DNA of 59,325 nucleotides from Candidatus Omnitrophota bacterium (GCA_024542985.1 JAMXCX010000003.1:1-59325); one strand, 5' to 3'; shown: positions 37,742-48,039, counted from the first letter of the stretch. A program made the numbers and translations. Notes: generated by a model from the sequence alone, not told the origin.

Positions 37742-38803
37742 ATGAAGCAATATGATTTTGCCATTAATTGGAGCGGAAACGTAAAGGAAAAATTCGTTGA
37801 TTTTATCAAGACCGCATGTAAGCAAAGTCAGCTTTCTTTTTTTTGGATTTGCGATGATAATGCTAAAGACGTGGCCCGGGAGTTAGAAAATAATCAGATT
37901 GCTATAAAGGTTTTGCTGGATACAGAAGCAACCTATAATAAAAAAAGCGATTTTTATGCGCGTATTTGCTATGCAGTAAAAGATTCAGGCGGTATTGTTA
38001 TCAATGATCCGGATAGGGCAAAGGCGGCGGTAGATAAATCTATTACCCATTATGAATTGATGAATATAGGTATTGTTCTTCCCTATACGGTTGTTGTGCG
38101 TAATTGGGAACCAAATAATTTTAAGTTGACTGAGGAAGAGCGCAATAGTTTAGGTGTCCCTTTTGTGATAAAGCCGGCCTTAGGATACGGCCGAGGAGGA
38201 GTCATACAGGATGCTCGCGGTTCAATACGCGAGATTGCAACTGCCCGTAATTTTGACCGGGGAGATAATTTTTTACTTCAGGAGAAAATCACGCCAATTG
38301 AATTAGGCAACAGGCGGGCTTGGTTTCGGGTTTTTAATGTTTTTGGTACTATAATTCCTTGTTGGTGGGATGATCAGAACCATATATACAAGCATATAGG
38401 GTATGAGGAATTTAATAGTTATCGCTTGTTTCCTCTTGCGAAGATTGTTTCTAAAATTGCCGCAGTTACCCGCATGTCCTGGTTTTCAACCGAAATAACA
38501 ATTGACAATAAAGCTGAAAAGATGCGTTTTGTTGCCATTGATTATGTGAATGATCAGTGTGATATGACTACGCAATCCGAAGCTGAGGATGGAGTCCCTG
38601 ACGCGATAGTAGAGTATACCGCCAGCTATATTGTTAATGCTGCTTCTCAGTTAATTAACAATGAGAAGCTTAGCAAAAAATATACTATTTGGCTTGAAGA
38701 TGCAAGTATTGAAATAAGAGGTCTGGGGATTTCTCCGGATGTGCTTACTCAAGCAACTTCTAAGATTTTATCTCCCCAGGATAAATCAGAAACAGTTTCT
38801 TAG
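37742..38803 (+). CDS. Uncharacterised ATP-grasp-fold protein
   Basis: VINDP...DK, PFVIKPALGYG.GGV, LLQE, WFRVF and IDYVND motifs. Confidence 0.7.
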   Translation: MKQYDFAINWSGNVKEKFVDFIKTACKQSQLSFFWICDDNAKDVARELENNQIAIKVLLDTEATYNKKSDFYARICYAVKDSGGIVINDPDRAKAAVDKSITHYELMNIGIVLPYTVVVRNWEPNNFKLTEEERNSLGVPFVIKPALGYGRGGVIQDARGSIREIATARNFDRGDNFLLQEKITPIELGNRRAWFRVFNVFGTIIPCWWDDQNHIYKHIGYEEFNSYRLFPLAKIVSKIAAVTRMSWFSTEITIDNKAEKMRFVAIDYVNDQCDMTTQSEAEDGVPDAIVEYTASYIVNAASQLINNEKLSKKYTIWLEDASIEIRGLGISPDVLTQATSKILSPQDKSETVS

Positions 38804-38834
38804 AATGATATAACTCCAATGGAAGGAAAACGCT

Positions 38835-40916
38835 ATGAAGGAACGAAAAGATTTAGAAAGTAAGCTTTCAAAGGTATTGGGCCAATGGTGTGCGGCCGAA
38901 AATAAACGCAAGTTTTACGGTTTCTTGCGTCCCCAGGCTAAAGAAGCCCGGCTCGAACTTATCCGGACACTTCAAGAAATTCTGCGCCTAATACCGGAAT
39001 TCTTAATTCTTAAAAAGGGAAAGGAGATAGAACTAAAAGGCTTGAGTTTTAGCCTGCCGGCAGATACTTTACAGGCCAAAGGTGTTATTGGGGTTATTGC
39101 CGATAGTTTTAATAGCTTAAATATAAGCAGTATTACTTTTCGGCGGAATATATCCTCCGGGGAATTGGATGAATTGTTTTTAGGATTGAATACACCGCTT
39201 GAAGAATTAGAAAAGCAAGGTGGTTTGGGAGGGTTTCTGGAGAAGAAAAATGTTGTAAATATTCAAGTTAATCAAATGCGTTTTGCGCTATTAGAGGAAG
39301 GTCAGGTTCTAGAAGGGCAAAACAGAGAAGGCCAGGGTATGAAAGGTCAAAGTAAAGAAGGCGGCGTTTGGATATTAGATGAAGGCGAGGCTGTATCAGG
39401 CGAGGCTGCGTCAGATGAAAAACCAAAAAGACAAATTTCTAAAAAATCTTCGGCAGTAAACAAAAAAGAATTTTCGTCTACCTGGGAAAAATATTTCCAG
39501 GCTGAGCCTGCGGGACAAGATATTATCAGTGACCAGCAAGATTTATTAGAGGCAGCTAAGAAAAACCCAACTGAATTGCTAAAAGTTATAAACCGAGTCG
39601 CAAAAAAGCAAAGGGACATAGAGGCTTTTCTTGCGGATATACAAGATAAACTGGCCGATTTAGGATTGGAACCAAAAGTATTAGATGAGATAAGGAAAAA
39701 ATTTAATCAACAGATAAAGGTCAGCATTGCTAAGGATGAATTGGAGCGCTTGAGAAGACTTGAGAAAGATTTCGAGAATACACTGGAAGATAGAGTGGAG
39801 AAGGCTTCAAAAGAAGCAAAAAAGATAAACAAGAAATTACTTGATGAAAAAGAGAAAATGAATATCCTTCTGCGTCAGAGCAGTCAAGGAGTTATTGTCA
39901 TTAATAAAGAAGGAAAGGTATTAAGCCTGAATAATTTGGCTGAAAAAGCCCTGGGTGTAGCCTTGAAAGAAGCTCAGCAGAAGATGCTAAAGGATTTGGT
40001 GAAGAGCGGCCGGATGTTTTCTATAACTTCTGGCTGGCAGAAGGAAACAGAGGAGTTTACTCCTAAAAAGGTGCAAGTTTTCTCGCCGGATAAACAATCC
40101 CAGGATGTTATTGCCGAATCATCGGCAGTAGTTGAGAATGAAGACGGGAAAACCATAGGAACGGTTTTCTCATTGCCGAGCACAGTTGAGCAAGAGCAAC
40201 TAAAGAAACAAAGAAGCGACATTATGGATATGCTGGCGCATGATGTGAGAACACCTATTTACAATGCGAAGCACAGCCTGGAAGCTTTAACGACGGCTAA
40301 AAAATTCACTAAAACTTTAAGTGAACAGCATAAAAAAATGCTAACAGTTTGTCAGAGAAATATTGAAAGAATGGAAAAGTTAGTGCATACAATAATGGAC
40401 GTAAGGCAGCTTGAGACCGGAAAGATAACCCTGAAAAAAGAAAATGTTAATATAGGTGAGCTGCTGAAGGAATCCTTAGATTCTTTGAAAGCCTGGGCTG
40501 AAAGCAAAAATATAAAGCTTGTTTCTGACATCAAAAAGGTACCTGTTATTGACCTAGACCCGGAGCGGATTTATCAGGTTGTTACTAACCTTATTAGCAA
40601 TGCTTTAAAATTCACACCTTCCGGCGGGCGTGTTGAAATTAAACTTAATAGAGAAAAAACTAGTTCAGGAAATTTTGCGAAAATTGTTGTAATTGATTCC
40701 GGAATAGGCATAAAAAAAGATGACCTAGACAGGATATTCAAAAAATACGAGCAGGTGCGTTTAGAGTCTCCTAAAGGTGAAAGCGGATTAGGACTCGGGC
40801 TTTCCATTTGTAAGGCTATTGTAGAGCTCCACGGCGGAAAAATTTTGGCCGAAAGCGAAGTCGGAAAAGGGAGCGCTTTTATTTTTACCTTACCGTCTGG
40901 GCTCGTGAAAAAATAA
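38835..40916 (+). CDS. Soluble PAS-domain sensor histidine kinase
   Basis: AHDVRTP, NALKF, DSGIG and GLGLGL motifs; PAS before HisKA; long N-terminal region of unknown type. Confidence 0.9.
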   Translation: MKERKDLESKLSKVLGQWCAAENKRKFYGFLRPQAKEARLELIRTLQEILRLIPEFLILKKGKEIELKGLSFSLPADTLQAKGVIGVIADSFNSLNISSITFRRNISSGELDELFLGLNTPLEELEKQGGLGGFLEKKNVVNIQVNQMRFALLEEGQVLEGQNREGQGMKGQSKEGGVWILDEGEAVSGEAASDEKPKRQISKKSSAVNKKEFSSTWEKYFQAEPAGQDIISDQQDLLEAAKKNPTELLKVINRVAKKQRDIEAFLADIQDKLADLGLEPKVLDEIRKKFNQQIKVSIAKDELERLRRLEKDFENTLEDRVEKASKEAKKINKKLLDEKEKMNILLRQSSQGVIVINKEGKVLSLNNLAEKALGVALKEAQQKMLKDLVKSGRMFSITSGWQKETEEFTPKKVQVFSPDKQSQDVIAESSAVVENEDGKTIGTVFSLPSTVEQEQLKKQRSDIMDMLAHDVRTPIYNAKHSLEALTTAKKFTKTLSEQHKKMLTVCQRNIERMEKLVHTIMDVRQLETGKITLKKENVNIGELLKESLDSLKAWAESKNIKLVSDIKKVPVIDLDPERIYQVVTNLISNALKFTPSGGRVEIKLNREKTSSGNFAKIVVIDSGIGIKKDDLDRIFKKYEQVRLESPKGESGLGLGLSICKAIVELHGGKILAESEVGKGSAFIFTLPSGLVKK

Positions 40917-40948
40917 AGCCCAAAAAATTCCGATACCCCAATATATTC

Positions 40949-40977
40949 TTGACAAAAGGAAAAAAATAGTGTATCAT
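40949..40977 (+). promoter_or_regulatory. sigma70-like promoter of the csoR operon
   Basis: TTGACA-17bp-TATCAT. Confidence 0.6.
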
Positions 40978-41021
40978 TATAGTGGTAGAGAGTATAAGTA
41001 TATTGCAAGGAGGTTTTCAAT

Positions 41022-41318
41022 ATGGCTCAGAAAATAGGCTGTATCACCAAGGAGAGGAAAAAAGCCATACTTAGCCGTTTGAATCGTATAAAGGGTCAGG
41101 TTAACGGCATGCAAAGAATGCTGGAAGATGACAGATACTGTCTTGAAATATTACAGCAGCTATCTTCGACTCATGAAGCTCTTCGAGGCGTTAGCAAGGT
41201 ATTGATGAAAAATTACTTGGAGGTTTGTGTTACTAAAGCTATCCAGTCAAAAAGAAAGGAAAGACAGGATAAGATTTACAGTGAGTTAATGGATGTTGTT
41301 TACAAATTTGCTAAATAG
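41022..41318 (+). CDS. CsoR/RcnR family metal-sensing repressor
   Basis: RLNRIKGQVNGMQRM, YCLEILQQ and a second Cys in YLEVC (the usual His position is Tyr). Confidence 0.9.
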   Translation: MAQKIGCITKERKKAILSRLNRIKGQVNGMQRMLEDDRYCLEILQQLSSTHEALRGVSKVLMKNYLEVCVTKAIQSKRKERQDKIYSELMDVVYKFAK

Positions 41319-41339
41319 CCAAGTAAGGGGGTGTTAAGC

Positions 41340-41579
41340 ATGGGGAAAAGAATTGAAGTATTTAGTGCAGATTGTCCTCTCTGTAGAGATACTCTTGGCT
41401 TGATAAAGCAGGAGGCTCCCAAAGAGTGTGAGATAATTGAGCGTAAGTGTTCCGGGGATGAATGTTGTCAGCCGGCTAAGGATTATGATATCAAGGCGGT
41501 TCCCACTGTTGTTGTCGATGGCAAAATTGCCTTTGTGGGAAAGCCCACCTTAGAACAGGTAAAACAGCTATTTGTTTAA
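41340..41579 (+). CDS. Small thioredoxin/glutaredoxin-like protein
   Basis: CPLC, extra CSGDECC, and AVPTVVVDG. Confidence 0.85.
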   Translation: MGKRIEVFSADCPLCRDTLGLIKQEAPKECEIIERKCSGDECCQPAKDYDIKAVPTVVVDGKIAFVGKPTLEQVKQLFV

Positions 41580-41585
41580 TATTAA

Positions 41586-41623
41586 GGGAAGAGGTAAGGC
41601 CTAATTTTTCCTTACCTCTTCTC
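41586..41623 (+). terminator. Intra-operon hairpin (terminator or mRNA stability element)
   Basis: GAAGAGGTAAGG / CCTTACCTCTTC inverted repeat, no U-tract. Confidence 0.5.
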
Positions 41624-41644
41624 GCTAAAAAGGCAGGGACGTAT

Positions 41645-42211
41645 ATGAAATCAATAAAGATGGGGATATTGTCTGCAATTAGCGCTTCTATATGCTGTAT
41701 AGGGCCGATAATTTTAATCGCTTTAGGCTTTGGGAGCTTGAGCCTGGGCGCAGTAATAAATAAATATCATGGGGCATTTTTGACTGTCGGCATATTACTT
41801 ATTCTTTTTTCTTGGATAAGATATATTAAAGAAAAAAAGAATTGTCATATTAAAAAATGCCAGATGGAGAACAAAAAAATAACTTTAATTACATTAATAA
41901 TAACTACAAGTATAGTTTCGTTTTTCCTGATACTGAATTTTTATACTTATGCAGCTAGGCCTCTTGTTGTGGATTCGTTCACTCTCCTTGCTGATACAAA
42001 AACAGTTTTAATTCCTGTTAAAGGTATGACTTGCTTTACTTGTGAGGTTTCAGTTTCGTCAGCCTTAAAGAGAGTAAATGGCGTGATAAGTGTTAGGGCT
42101 TCCGCTAAGGAGGGTATTGCTTTGGTTAATTATGAGCCTGACAAAACCGGCTTGAGCCAACTAATCAAGGCAATAAATAATACCGGTTTTAAAGCGTCTT
42201 TACCGGAATAG
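41645..42211 (+). CDS. MerT-like transporter fused to an HMA (MerP-like) domain
   Basis: ASICCIGP in TM1, cytoplasmic C-x4-C, three TMs, then GMTCFTC. Confidence 0.85.
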   Translation: MKSIKMGILSAISASICCIGPIILIALGFGSLSLGAVINKYHGAFLTVGILLILFSWIRYIKEKKNCHIKKCQMENKKITLITLIITTSIVSFFLILNFYTYAARPLVVDSFTLLADTKTVLIPVKGMTCFTCEVSVSSALKRVNGVISVRASAKEGIALVNYEPDKTGLSQLIKAINNTGFKASLPE

Positions 42212-42242
42212 TTAATATTGAAAAACAAAGAGAGGTGAAAAT

Positions 42243-42425
42243 ATGACCCTAGCTAATATTAAGTGTCCGGAATGCAAGCATGTTCAGAAAATTGAAATTC
42301 CTAAAGGAAGTTGCCTGCCCTTTTATAAATGCGATGGCTGCAAAAAGGTCATCTTTGCCCCTAAAAATATCTGTTGTGTGATTTGCGCCTATTCTGATAA
42401 AAAATGCCCGGTTGCGCATAATTGA
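42243..42425 (+). CDS. Small Cys-rich GDCCVxC-like protein
   Basis: CPEC..C...CDGC...CCVICAYS...CP; GAGGTG RBS; lies in a mer-like operon. Confidence 0.8.
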   Translation: MTLANIKCPECKHVQKIEIPKGSCLPFYKCDGCKKVIFAPKNICCVICAYSDKKCPVAHN

Positions 42426-42514
42426 AACCACAAAAATAATCTAACCTTAATTGGTTCAAATTCTTATAGAAGTTTTTAACTATCTATTGTATAATAAAAT
42501 CTAAGTAGGTTTTT

Positions 42515-42994
42515 ATGGGGAGAAAATCTAAAGCTATATCCGAGTCAATAACAACTCTGTCTCAGGTGATGATGCCGATACATACAAATCATTACGGCAA
42601 TGTTCACGGCGGAACCATACTGCGAATAGTTGATGAAGCAGCTTATGTGACCGCAACTAAACACGCAAGGAAGAATGTGGTGATAGCTTCCATGGACCAT
42701 ATCGTATTTAAACACCCGGTTCATATCGGAGATATACTTAACGTAAAAGCGCGGCTTTGTTATGTGGGTAGAACTTCGATGGAGGTTGAAGTTACAATTG
42801 ATACAGAAAGACTTAAAATTGGCAAGACGCTTCAAATTGGTTCAGCCCAGCTTACTATGATTGCTTTAGACGAATATGGCCGGCCGACAGAAGTTCCTAA
42901 AATCACCCTAAAAACCAAACGCGATAAATTAAAAAGCCGACAGGCTCTTGCTACGAGGAAGGTGAGGTTGACAAAGGGTGAACAAAAAAAATAA
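42515..42994 (+). CDS. Acyl-CoA thioesterase (YciA-like hotdog fold)
   Basis: TNHYGNVHGG...DEAA and VGRTSMEV motifs. Confidence 0.92.
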   Translation: MGRKSKAISESITTLSQVMMPIHTNHYGNVHGGTILRIVDEAAYVTATKHARKNVVIASMDHIVFKHPVHIGDILNVKARLCYVGRTSMEVEVTIDTERLKIGKTLQIGSAQLTMIALDEYGRPTEVPKITLKTKRDKLKSRQALATRKVRLTKGEQKK

Positions 42995-44477
42995 TATTTT
43001 ATTTCGTCCCTGGAAAAAGCTTAAACGCCTGCAAAATGAAAAATTGCGTTTTTTTATTACCCGCCACTTGTATCCCTTTAGCCGGTATTATCGTGAACTT
43101 TTCGATAAAAATAAAATAAAACCAAGCGCTATACGGACTGTTGAAGACCTTCAGAAACTGCCCTTTACCTCTAAGAAAGATTTTATAACTTTAATTAAAA
43201 GAAGTCCTGATCGAAGTAATTTTGCTTTTCTTCTTGAGCCCAATGAGGAGCTGATCAGAAAATTTCTTCCTAAAAGTGAACTTCTGAAATTTTTCCTTTT
43301 AGGCCTGTTCAAAGGAAAAGCTTCCCTAAAGGCTAGCTTAGATAAAGAATACCGGCCGATTTTTCTTACTGCTACCGCCGGTACTACCAATCAGCCTATA
43401 CCATTTCTTTATACCAGTTACGATTTAGATAATTTAAAAATTTGCGGTAAGAGAGTTATAGAAATAATGGGTATTAATAAAGAGCAGAGAGCGATGAATG
43501 TATTTCCTTATGCGCCGCATTTAGCTTTTTGGCAGACTGTTTTTGCCGGTTTTGCAGCTAACATATTTATCATCAGCACCGGCGGAGGAAAAACCGTAGG
43601 AACTAAGGGAAATATACGCACTCTTCTTAAGGTAAAGCCGCGATTTTTAATCGGAACGCCCAGTTATGTTTATCACATATTAAAGACAGCGCGGGAGAGA
43701 AATTTAAATTTAAGCTTTCTTAACCGGATTATATTAGGAGCTGCGCGCGTTCCTAAAGGTTTTAAATTGAAGATTTCTAAGCTCCTTACTCAAATGGGCG
43801 CCCAAGAGATAAGAGTATTTGGCACTTATGGTTTTACTGAATCCCGTTGTGCCTGGGTTGAGTGCCCGGCGGATATTGGAGCAGCCAGCGGTTATCATAC
43901 TTTTCCTGATAAAGAGGTATTTGAAGTTATCGATCCCTTAACCGGCCAAGTTAAAGGTGAGGGCCAAGACGGGGAATTAGTGTATACCAAAATAGACGGC
44001 CGGGGTAGTTGTGTTTTGCGTTATCGTACCGGAGACATAGTAAAGGGAGGTATTGTTTATTCTCCTTGTCCTCATTGCGGCAGAACTGTCCCGAGAATTT
44101 CTAATGATATCGTTCGTGCCGCTAACGTAAAAAATATCCAGCTTTCTAAAATCAAAGGCACAGTAGTTAACCTAAATACTCTGGAATATATTTTGGATAA
44201 TAATGAGGCAATAGATGACTGGCAAATTGAGATTATGAAAAAGGATAATGACCCTTATGAAGTTGACGAACTAATACTTAATGTCAGCCTTTTAGGGGGA
44301 GTCAATAAGGATGAATTCATTAGCTCTCTGAACCAAGAAGTTAGCGCTAGCGCCGAGGTATCCTTTAACAGAGTTAATTTTGTTTCTTCCCTGGAGATTC
44401 AGCAAATGCTGGAGGTAGAGTCAGCAGTCAAGGCAAAGAGGATTGTTGATAAACGGGGAAAAATAAGTAATACTTAG
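42978..44477 (+). CDS. Phenylacetate-CoA ligase-like acyl-CoA ligase (ANL family)
   Basis: LPFTSK, TAGTT..P, YGFTE, LRYRTGD and CPHCGR motifs. Confidence 0.82.
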   Translation: MNKKNNILFRPWKKLKRLQNEKLRFFITRHLYPFSRYYRELFDKNKIKPSAIRTVEDLQKLPFTSKKDFITLIKRSPDRSNFAFLLEPNEELIRKFLPKSELLKFFLLGLFKGKASLKASLDKEYRPIFLTATAGTTNQPIPFLYTSYDLDNLKICGKRVIEIMGINKEQRAMNVFPYAPHLAFWQTVFAGFAANIFIISTGGGKTVGTKGNIRTLLKVKPRFLIGTPSYVYHILKTARERNLNLSFLNRIILGAARVPKGFKLKISKLLTQMGAQEIRVFGTYGFTESRCAWVECPADIGAASGYHTFPDKEVFEVIDPLTGQVKGEGQDGELVYTKIDGRGSCVLRYRTGDIVKGGIVYSPCPHCGRTVPRISNDIVRAANVKNIQLSKIKGTVVNLNTLEYILDNNEAIDDWQIEIMKKDNDPYEVDELILNVSLLGGVNKDEFISSLNQEVSASAEVSFNRVNFVSSLEIQQMLEVESAVKAKRIVDKRGKISNT

Positions 44478-44491
44478 GTTAGAGATGTAGG

Positions 44492-44511
44492 CCTGCCTGC
44501 CGGTAGGTAGG
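44492..44511. repeat. 20-bp palindromic repeat of the CCTGCCTACCGGCAGGCAGG family
   Basis: CCTGCCTGCCGGTAGGTAGG is the reverse complement of 21553-21572 with one mismatch. Confidence 0.75.
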
Positions 44512-44596
44512 CTGTTTTAAGGGGATATTGAAACTGGGACTAAAGTGTCAGCCTTAGCGGTTAAGTTTTTCGGGCTGTTTTTAAGGAGAAGAACCT

Positions 44597-45877
44597 ATGG
44601 GAAGAATAGCTATAGTTGAAGGAGTAAGAACGCCTTTTATTAAAGCCTGGACACTTTTTGAAGATATACCGGCTCAGAAGTTAGGAGCTATTTGTGTTCG
44701 TGAGCTTATGGAACGCCTTAGCCTTAAACCCGGCTCAGTGGATGAAGTTATTCTGGGGGCAGTAGCCCAGCCTCCTGAGGCTTCCAATGTCGCGCGGGTA
44801 GTGAGCCTTTATGCCGGTATACCTAAGGAAAAAAGGGCTTATACTATAAGCCGAAATTGCGCTTCAGGATTTGAATCTGTAACCAGCGCTTGGGAGAAAA
44901 TAAAGTGCGGATTAGACAAAATTGTAATTGCCGGCGGCACAGAGTCTATGTCTAACATACCGTTATTTTTTGGAAAAGATATAACTAAAATATTTACCCG
45001 CCTGAACAAAGCTAAAACTTTAATCGATAAAATTAAACTTATTTGTTGTATAAGGCCCAGGCATTTTAAACCTATACCCGGGCTTCTTTTGGGGCTTTCT
45101 GATCCGGTTTGCGGTTTGAATATGGGCCAAACTGCAGAAGTTTTGGCTAAGGAATTCGGTATAACCCGCGAGGAACAGGATGAGTTTGCCTTAATGAGCC
45201 ATAAAAGAGCAGTTGCAGCCCGGGCAAAGCTCAAAAAAGAAATTGTCCCGGTTATTGTGGCTCCGCCAAAATTTGATACTACAGTTGAAGATGACAATGG
45301 TCCCCGGCAAAATCAAACCCGAGAGGCTTTGGCTAAGTTAAGGCCTTATTTTGATCGGTATACCGGCACAGTTACAGCCGGCAATTCTTCTCAGATTACA
45401 GATGGGGCTTGTGCGCTCCTGGTCATGAAAGAAGAAATGGCTGATTCTTTGGGTTATAAACCCTTAGGATATATACGGGCTTATACCTATATAGGGTTAG
45501 AGCCTAGTAAAATGGGACTTGGGCCGGCTTATGCCGTACCGAGAGTTTTAGATATGGCCGGCCTTAAATTAAAGGATATGGATTTAATTGAAATAAACGA
45601 AGCTTTTGCTGTCCAAGTCCTAGCTTGCATAAAATTGCTGGCCTCTAAGAAATTCGCCCAAGAGAATTTTTCCCGCTCAGAAGCCATAGGAGAGATCAAT
45701 ATGGATAAACTTAATGTTAACGGCGGGGCAGTAGCTTTGGGGCATCCTGTGGGTTCAAGCGGAGCGAGATTGCTCTTAACTTTGCTAAAGGAGATGAAAA
45801 GAACCAATAGCAAATTCGGCCTGGCATCTTTATGCGTAGGCGGCGGACAGGGAGGAGCAATTATTTTGGAGAGATAG
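44597..45877 (+). CDS. fadI: 3-ketoacyl-CoA thiolase (FadI/FadA-like)
   Basis: RTPF, RNCASG, GNSSQITDGA, NEAFA, GHPVG and LCVGGG motifs. Confidence 0.92.
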   Translation: MGRIAIVEGVRTPFIKAWTLFEDIPAQKLGAICVRELMERLSLKPGSVDEVILGAVAQPPEASNVARVVSLYAGIPKEKRAYTISRNCASGFESVTSAWEKIKCGLDKIVIAGGTESMSNIPLFFGKDITKIFTRLNKAKTLIDKIKLICCIRPRHFKPIPGLLLGLSDPVCGLNMGQTAEVLAKEFGITREEQDEFALMSHKRAVAARAKLKKEIVPVIVAPPKFDTTVEDDNGPRQNQTREALAKLRPYFDRYTGTVTAGNSSQITDGACALLVMKEEMADSLGYKPLGYIRAYTYIGLEPSKMGLGPAYAVPRVLDMAGLKLKDMDLIEINEAFAVQVLACIKLLASKKFAQENFSRSEAIGEINMDKLNVNGGAVALGHPVGSSGARLLLTLLKEMKRTNSKFGLASLCVGGGQGGAIILER

Positions 45878-45879
45878 AA

Positions 45880-48009
45880 ATGAGCAATTTTAATTTAAAG
45901 ATAGAAAAGAAAATCGCTATCCTTGAGTTTGATCAGCCGGATTCTAAAGTTAATGTCTTGAATACACAAGTAATGCAGGAATTAGCCTCAATAATAGAGG
46001 AGCTGGCTAAGAAAAGCTGTTCTCAAGAAGTCAAAGCCCTGCTTATTACCAGTAAAAAGGATAATGTTTTTATCGCCGGCGCAGATATAAAAGAAATTGA
46101 AAATATCACTTCATCTCAAGAAGCTAAAGAGAAAGCCGAGAGCGGTAAGCGAATTCTAAATAATCTTGCCGGTTTAAATTTAATCACTGTAGCCGTAATC
46201 GACGGAGCCTGCCTGGGCGGTGGATTTGAATTAGCATTGGCCTGTAAGTACCGGGTAGCTAGTTTTAATGATAAGGTGAGAATTGGGCTTCCGGAGGTGA
46301 ACCTAGGAATAATTCCCGGTTTTGGCGGAACTCAGAGACTCCCGCGGCTGGTTGGACTTACTAAAGCCTTGGTTATGATTCTTTCCGGTCAGATGATTCC
46401 CGGCAAAGTTGCTTTAAGGTATGGAGTAGTAGATAAATTGTTTCCCCAAGTAAGGCTTATTGACGATTCCCTTGATTTTGTTAATAGTTTGCTGGAAGGT
46501 AAGATAAAAATAAACAAAAAAAAGAAAAAGTTTTTTCAAAAGTTTCTCGAAGATACTCACCTGGGCCGGCTCATTGTTTTTAGCCAGACCAAAGAAAAAA
46601 TTCTTAAAAAAACAAAAGGCTTTTATCCTGCCCCGCTTAAGGCAATTGAATTAATAAAGCGTACTTACCGGGGCAATATTCGTAAAGGTTTCTTTTTAGA
46701 AAGCGAAGCTTTCAGTAAACTGGCAGTAACCGAGGTATCAAAGAATCTGATAAAAGTATTTTATCTCTATGAAGAATTTAAAAAATACCCTTGGGTTGAT
46801 TCTAAAATAAAACCCGGCCCAATTAACAAGTGTGGTGTTTTAGGTGCCGGAGTAATGGGCGGAGGTATAGCTCAATTAATAAGCTGCCGGGATATACCGG
46901 TAAGATTAAAGGACATAAATTACCGGGCTTTACAGACTGCCTTTAGAACAGCAGCCGGTCTTTTTGCTTACGCTCAAAGAAAAAGAAAATTTAAACCGCA
47001 TCAGGTTACTTATAAATTTGGATTGATATCTCCGACAACGACCTACCGGGGTTTTGAAAATTCAGATATCGTTATCGAGGCAGTAGTAGAGGATTTAGGC
47101 ATAAAACAGAAGGTATTTAAAGAGTTGAGCCAAGTCGTATCTGCCAAAACCATATTAGCATCAAATACTTCTGCTCTTCCAATAACAAAAATGGCTCAAG
47201 TCACCAATTCGGCGGATAGGGTTGTGGGTTTACATTTTTTTAATCCTGTTCACCGCATGCCCCTGGTTGAAGTAATAAAGTCGCCTGAAACCAGTGAGCA
47301 AACTTTGGCCGGAGCTATAGCCTTTGCCAGAAGTTTAGGTAAGGTTGTGATTGTAGTAAAAGATGTGCCGGGATTTTTGATAAATAGAATTCTTCTTTCC
47401 TATCTCAACGAAGCCGGATTTTTAGTTGAAGAAGGTATTAAAATAGAACATATTGACAGGATAGCCTTAAAGTTCGGTATGCCTATGGGGCCGATGGAGC
47501 TTATTGATGAGGTAGGTATTGATGTGGGGCATAAGGTGGCCAAGATATTGGAAGAGGCTTATGGCTCTCGAATGCAGGTTTCAAGACTGCTGGATAAAGT
47601 TAAAGAGAAAGGCTTGCTTGGCAAAAAGGCAAAGCTGGGGTTTTATATCCATAAAAAAAAGAAAAAAATACCTAATCCCGATATCTATAAACTCATTGAA
47701 TCTTTCCCAAAGAAGTCTATTTCTGACGATATTGCTTTTAAAAGAATGATTTATGTGATGATAAACGAAGCCGCCAGGTGCCTGGAAGAAAGAGTGGTTG
47801 ATAATCCTCAAACAATTGATATCGGCATGATTATGGGAACTGGTTTCCCTCCTCATCGAGCGGGGCTCTTGAGGTACGCTGATACCTTAGGAATTGATAA
47901 TATAGTTAAGGAACTTGAAGTACTGGAGCAGAAATTTAAAACATTAAGATTTAAGCCCTGCAATTATCTGCTGGATATGCAAAAGAGGAAAGACAAGTTT
48001 TATCATTAA
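45880..48009 (+). CDS. fadJ: Fatty acid oxidation complex alpha subunit (enoyl-CoA hydratase / 3-hydroxyacyl-CoA dehydrogenase)
   Basis: FIAGADI, GGGFELALAC, LPEVNLG, GAGVMGGG, SNTS and HFFNP motifs; start at MSNF (45880). Confidence 0.93.
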   Translation: MSNFNLKIEKKIAILEFDQPDSKVNVLNTQVMQELASIIEELAKKSCSQEVKALLITSKKDNVFIAGADIKEIENITSSQEAKEKAESGKRILNNLAGLNLITVAVIDGACLGGGFELALACKYRVASFNDKVRIGLPEVNLGIIPGFGGTQRLPRLVGLTKALVMILSGQMIPGKVALRYGVVDKLFPQVRLIDDSLDFVNSLLEGKIKINKKKKKFFQKFLEDTHLGRLIVFSQTKEKILKKTKGFYPAPLKAIELIKRTYRGNIRKGFFLESEAFSKLAVTEVSKNLIKVFYLYEEFKKYPWVDSKIKPGPINKCGVLGAGVMGGGIAQLISCRDIPVRLKDINYRALQTAFRTAAGLFAYAQRKRKFKPHQVTYKFGLISPTTTYRGFENSDIVIEAVVEDLGIKQKVFKELSQVVSAKTILASNTSALPITKMAQVTNSADRVVGLHFFNPVHRMPLVEVIKSPETSEQTLAGAIAFARSLGKVVIVVKDVPGFLINRILLSYLNEAGFLVEEGIKIEHIDRIALKFGMPMGPMELIDEVGIDVGHKVAKILEEAYGSRMQVSRLLDKVKEKGLLGKKAKLGFYIHKKKKKIPNPDIYKLIESFPKKSISDDIAFKRMIYVMINEAARCLEERVVDNPQTIDIGMIMGTGFPPHRAGLLRYADTLGIDNIVKELEVLEQKFKTLRFKPCNYLLDMQKRKDKFYH

Positions 48010-48039
48010 TTTGAAAGCATAAGAATGGAGGGGTAAATT

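Noticed and set aside
44512-44596. Possible c-di-GMP riboswitch (GAAA..GGGAC..AAAG)
   Set aside because: The resemblance is fragmentary and the required stems could not be built.
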